Origin: Candidatus Thorarchaeota archaeon
Lineage (GTDB): Archaea; Asgardarchaeota; Thorarchaeia; Thorarchaeales; Thorarchaeaceae
Direction of reading: 5' to 3'
Assembly: GCA_016840855.1 (NCBI GenBank)
Contig: JAEORO010000215.1
Coordinates: 1 to 15,455, forward strand
Length of the DNA stretch: 15,455 nt
This document shows, piece after piece, positions 14,801 to 15,455 of the stretch (position 1 is the first letter of the stretch; each line of letters opens with the position of its first letter). The translations under genes were made by a program, and so were the position numbers. The notes below the pieces were generated by a model. It saw only the letters and a list, made by a program, of their open reading frames with translations, was not told where the DNA came from and did not search any database.

Positions 14801-15455
14801 AAGTAGGGAGTTTCTTCTACGAGTGGGAATAGAATAACCGTTGAGCGATAGGTAGTAGCTGCTGAGGTTGTTGTGTTTCTATCAGCATAATAAGGAGATC
14901 CAGAATTCCAATCAATGGATAATTGGATTTCATGACTTGAAACGAGATTGAGAGCATCAAGGACAGTTGAGTTGAAACTGATCTGGTAGTATGATCCAAA
15001 GTTAACAAGACGATACCAGCCAGAAGTAATCAGAGTGTGGGAAGATCCATGACTAAGTGTAATTTGACTCTTCCCAATAGTAATGAACGACTTGGTCAAA
15101 AAGTCTTCAAAGACAAAACTGAATGTAACATTTTCAAGGAAGGGAGTGTTACCTGGCGTCTTGATTATCCGTATCTGCGTAGGACGCTCAACAACGTTTG
15201 CTGAGATTGTTCTTAAAGAAGAACGATAATAAGGCGCTCCACTAAATGAAACAGATACATTGAGTTGATAGGTATCCGGAGGACCGAGAGCCGATGTATC
15301 GACTTCAATCAGGTATTCACCAAGCCCATTATCCGTAACCCAATAATCAGCTCCAAGCACTAGAGTGAGTGGATCACTACTAACTTGTACTGTTGCTCCA
15401 GAGATTCCTGTTCCGGTTGTGTCATCGCTGTAAGTAATTGTAAATGTTAGAATAG
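11824..15455 (-). CDS. Giant cell-surface protein with tandem ~100-aa Ig-like beta-sandwich repeats, one C-terminal TM and a ~185-aa cytoplasmic tail; 5' end outside the window
   Basis: Frame stays open from 15360 to the right edge (ILTFTITYSDDTTGTGISGATVQV...). Recurrent Y-x-D...I-x-GA-x-V...[DG]NG-x-Y-x-L...G-x-Y units; many N-x-S/T sequons; TM LLTIGGGSALILIALLIVAYVKVW at about 12450-12379. Confidence 0.88.
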   Translation of the reverse strand, partial: ILTFTITYSDDTTGTGISGATVQVSSDPLTLVLGADYWVTDNGLGEYLIEVDTSALGPPDTYQLNVSVSFSGAPYYRSSLRTISANVVERPTQIRIIKTPGNTPFLENVTFSFVFEDFLTKSFITIGKSQITLSHGSSHTLITSGWYRLVNFGSYYQISFNSTVLDALNLVSSHEIQLSIDWNSGSPYYADRNTTTSAATTYRSTVILFPLVEETPYFDNITINLQFKDYLSGAGIDGAMVTLSSTNWSSPMYQVVRLGNGAYQLLVNTTVFGSTGSVYFNISFSWSGVPFYSNRDALNIRAQIRQVQTSLIAEAPPAGSTAIGVDIIVVLTLIDFDHDVSLEGAIIDSDWTDITGNSFDWNETGDGTYSLTLETIGLLAQQYIFTVTAVKPFFQTAQALVTVQPGAQLVQIVLTKSTYYADWGEILNISFWIQEPFYMTFVDGFTSTLLWNGEIYSFIDAGNGFYYLLLDTSDSDFGIYSPQITASREFYQTRQKSFTMVVSKAPGQIIPYQSTYTAVINNVIDFEVYLNNTITNAPVIGATTTLEWNGSVFSMTPTGVPGWYSGSVDVTGFAVGHYPVIIRAVITNLQFIETEIDINIVPIPTTVALIDGTSIRYVFFGDTLWLRAVYNDTFHGVLVIGANVTYTIGSLSGSFIDELNGSYSVTIDVSTLASQSIYLRMTAVKAGYSTALKSIVITILPIPTQAFATPILQSGYYGDTVSYLFYYNDTQHNSLVTGANIIASWEGSEVDVTSHPNGSYEVAVLIDVENPGLYDLVVRFSLTNYTSRTVTAKIEVYATPAEIRGPTEYSIPINDQTSIIYNVISLLDNSSIIDVIGTAYSTQLGDIELQLLVNGSYSLNLAGDLPYGTYSFDIAFETTKYTIAPLHLDVIVRQIHTILLYSNNTVYTSPGETFPVVITYYDLDHQVGISNANISVSYSYENITYLETQTLDEDGTYTLWFRAETGRTFTVTIFFQMEDYETRQFVLIIKSDISAEQQFQQLLTIGGGSALILIALLIVAYVKVWSVPKQIRQMNKMIRALAKGRIPRPPHVAGRQNITMAIVNEEIHSMKLNKEPSEVAEYPIITTVPEVNELLEELAAITGLGASEIDAFRADLARMKASERPGFLKEVINQERARRADVLAKPPTRELPPEEVPLAQRPEELEDLRQRLIKKGMAVDEIDVILEEAKSLSKADLDALLSSLGIDLD

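Noticed and set aside
1-15455. CRISPR array, rRNA, transposase or integrase
   Set aside because: No periodic direct repeats, rRNA signatures, or DDE/tyrosine recombinase motifs seen.

Overview
Archaeal genomic DNA, probably Asgard and most like Thorarchaeia. This is inferred from an archaeal TyrRS, BRE/TATA promoters, a Rab-like fold, and beta-helix and Ig-repeat surface proteins typical of that group. Left to right: the 5' part of a secreted right-handed beta-helix (NosD-like) gene that the ORF track missed (minus); a GC-rich, highly self-complementary non-coding segment (~754-1017) that looks like an unannotated ~260-nt structured RNA; a small 2-TM ORF; a second ~86-nt structured RNA with tRNA-like geometry (1420-1505) directly upstream of a PIN / helical-repeat / beta-domain protein; a small membrane protein; a cupin; a run of Rab-like pseudo-GTPase, TIGR00725/LOG protein and PPP Ser/Thr phosphatase; a putative lipid-linked pentose operon (DUF362, UbiA-family DPPR synthase, PHP phosphoesterase, LPG-synthase-TM/flippase-like); tyrS; and the 3' end of a giant Ig-like repeat membrane protein. 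The best candidate for an undescribed system is the two structured RNAs beside the multidomain PIN nuclease. All folds and motifs were read by eye and no searches were run.
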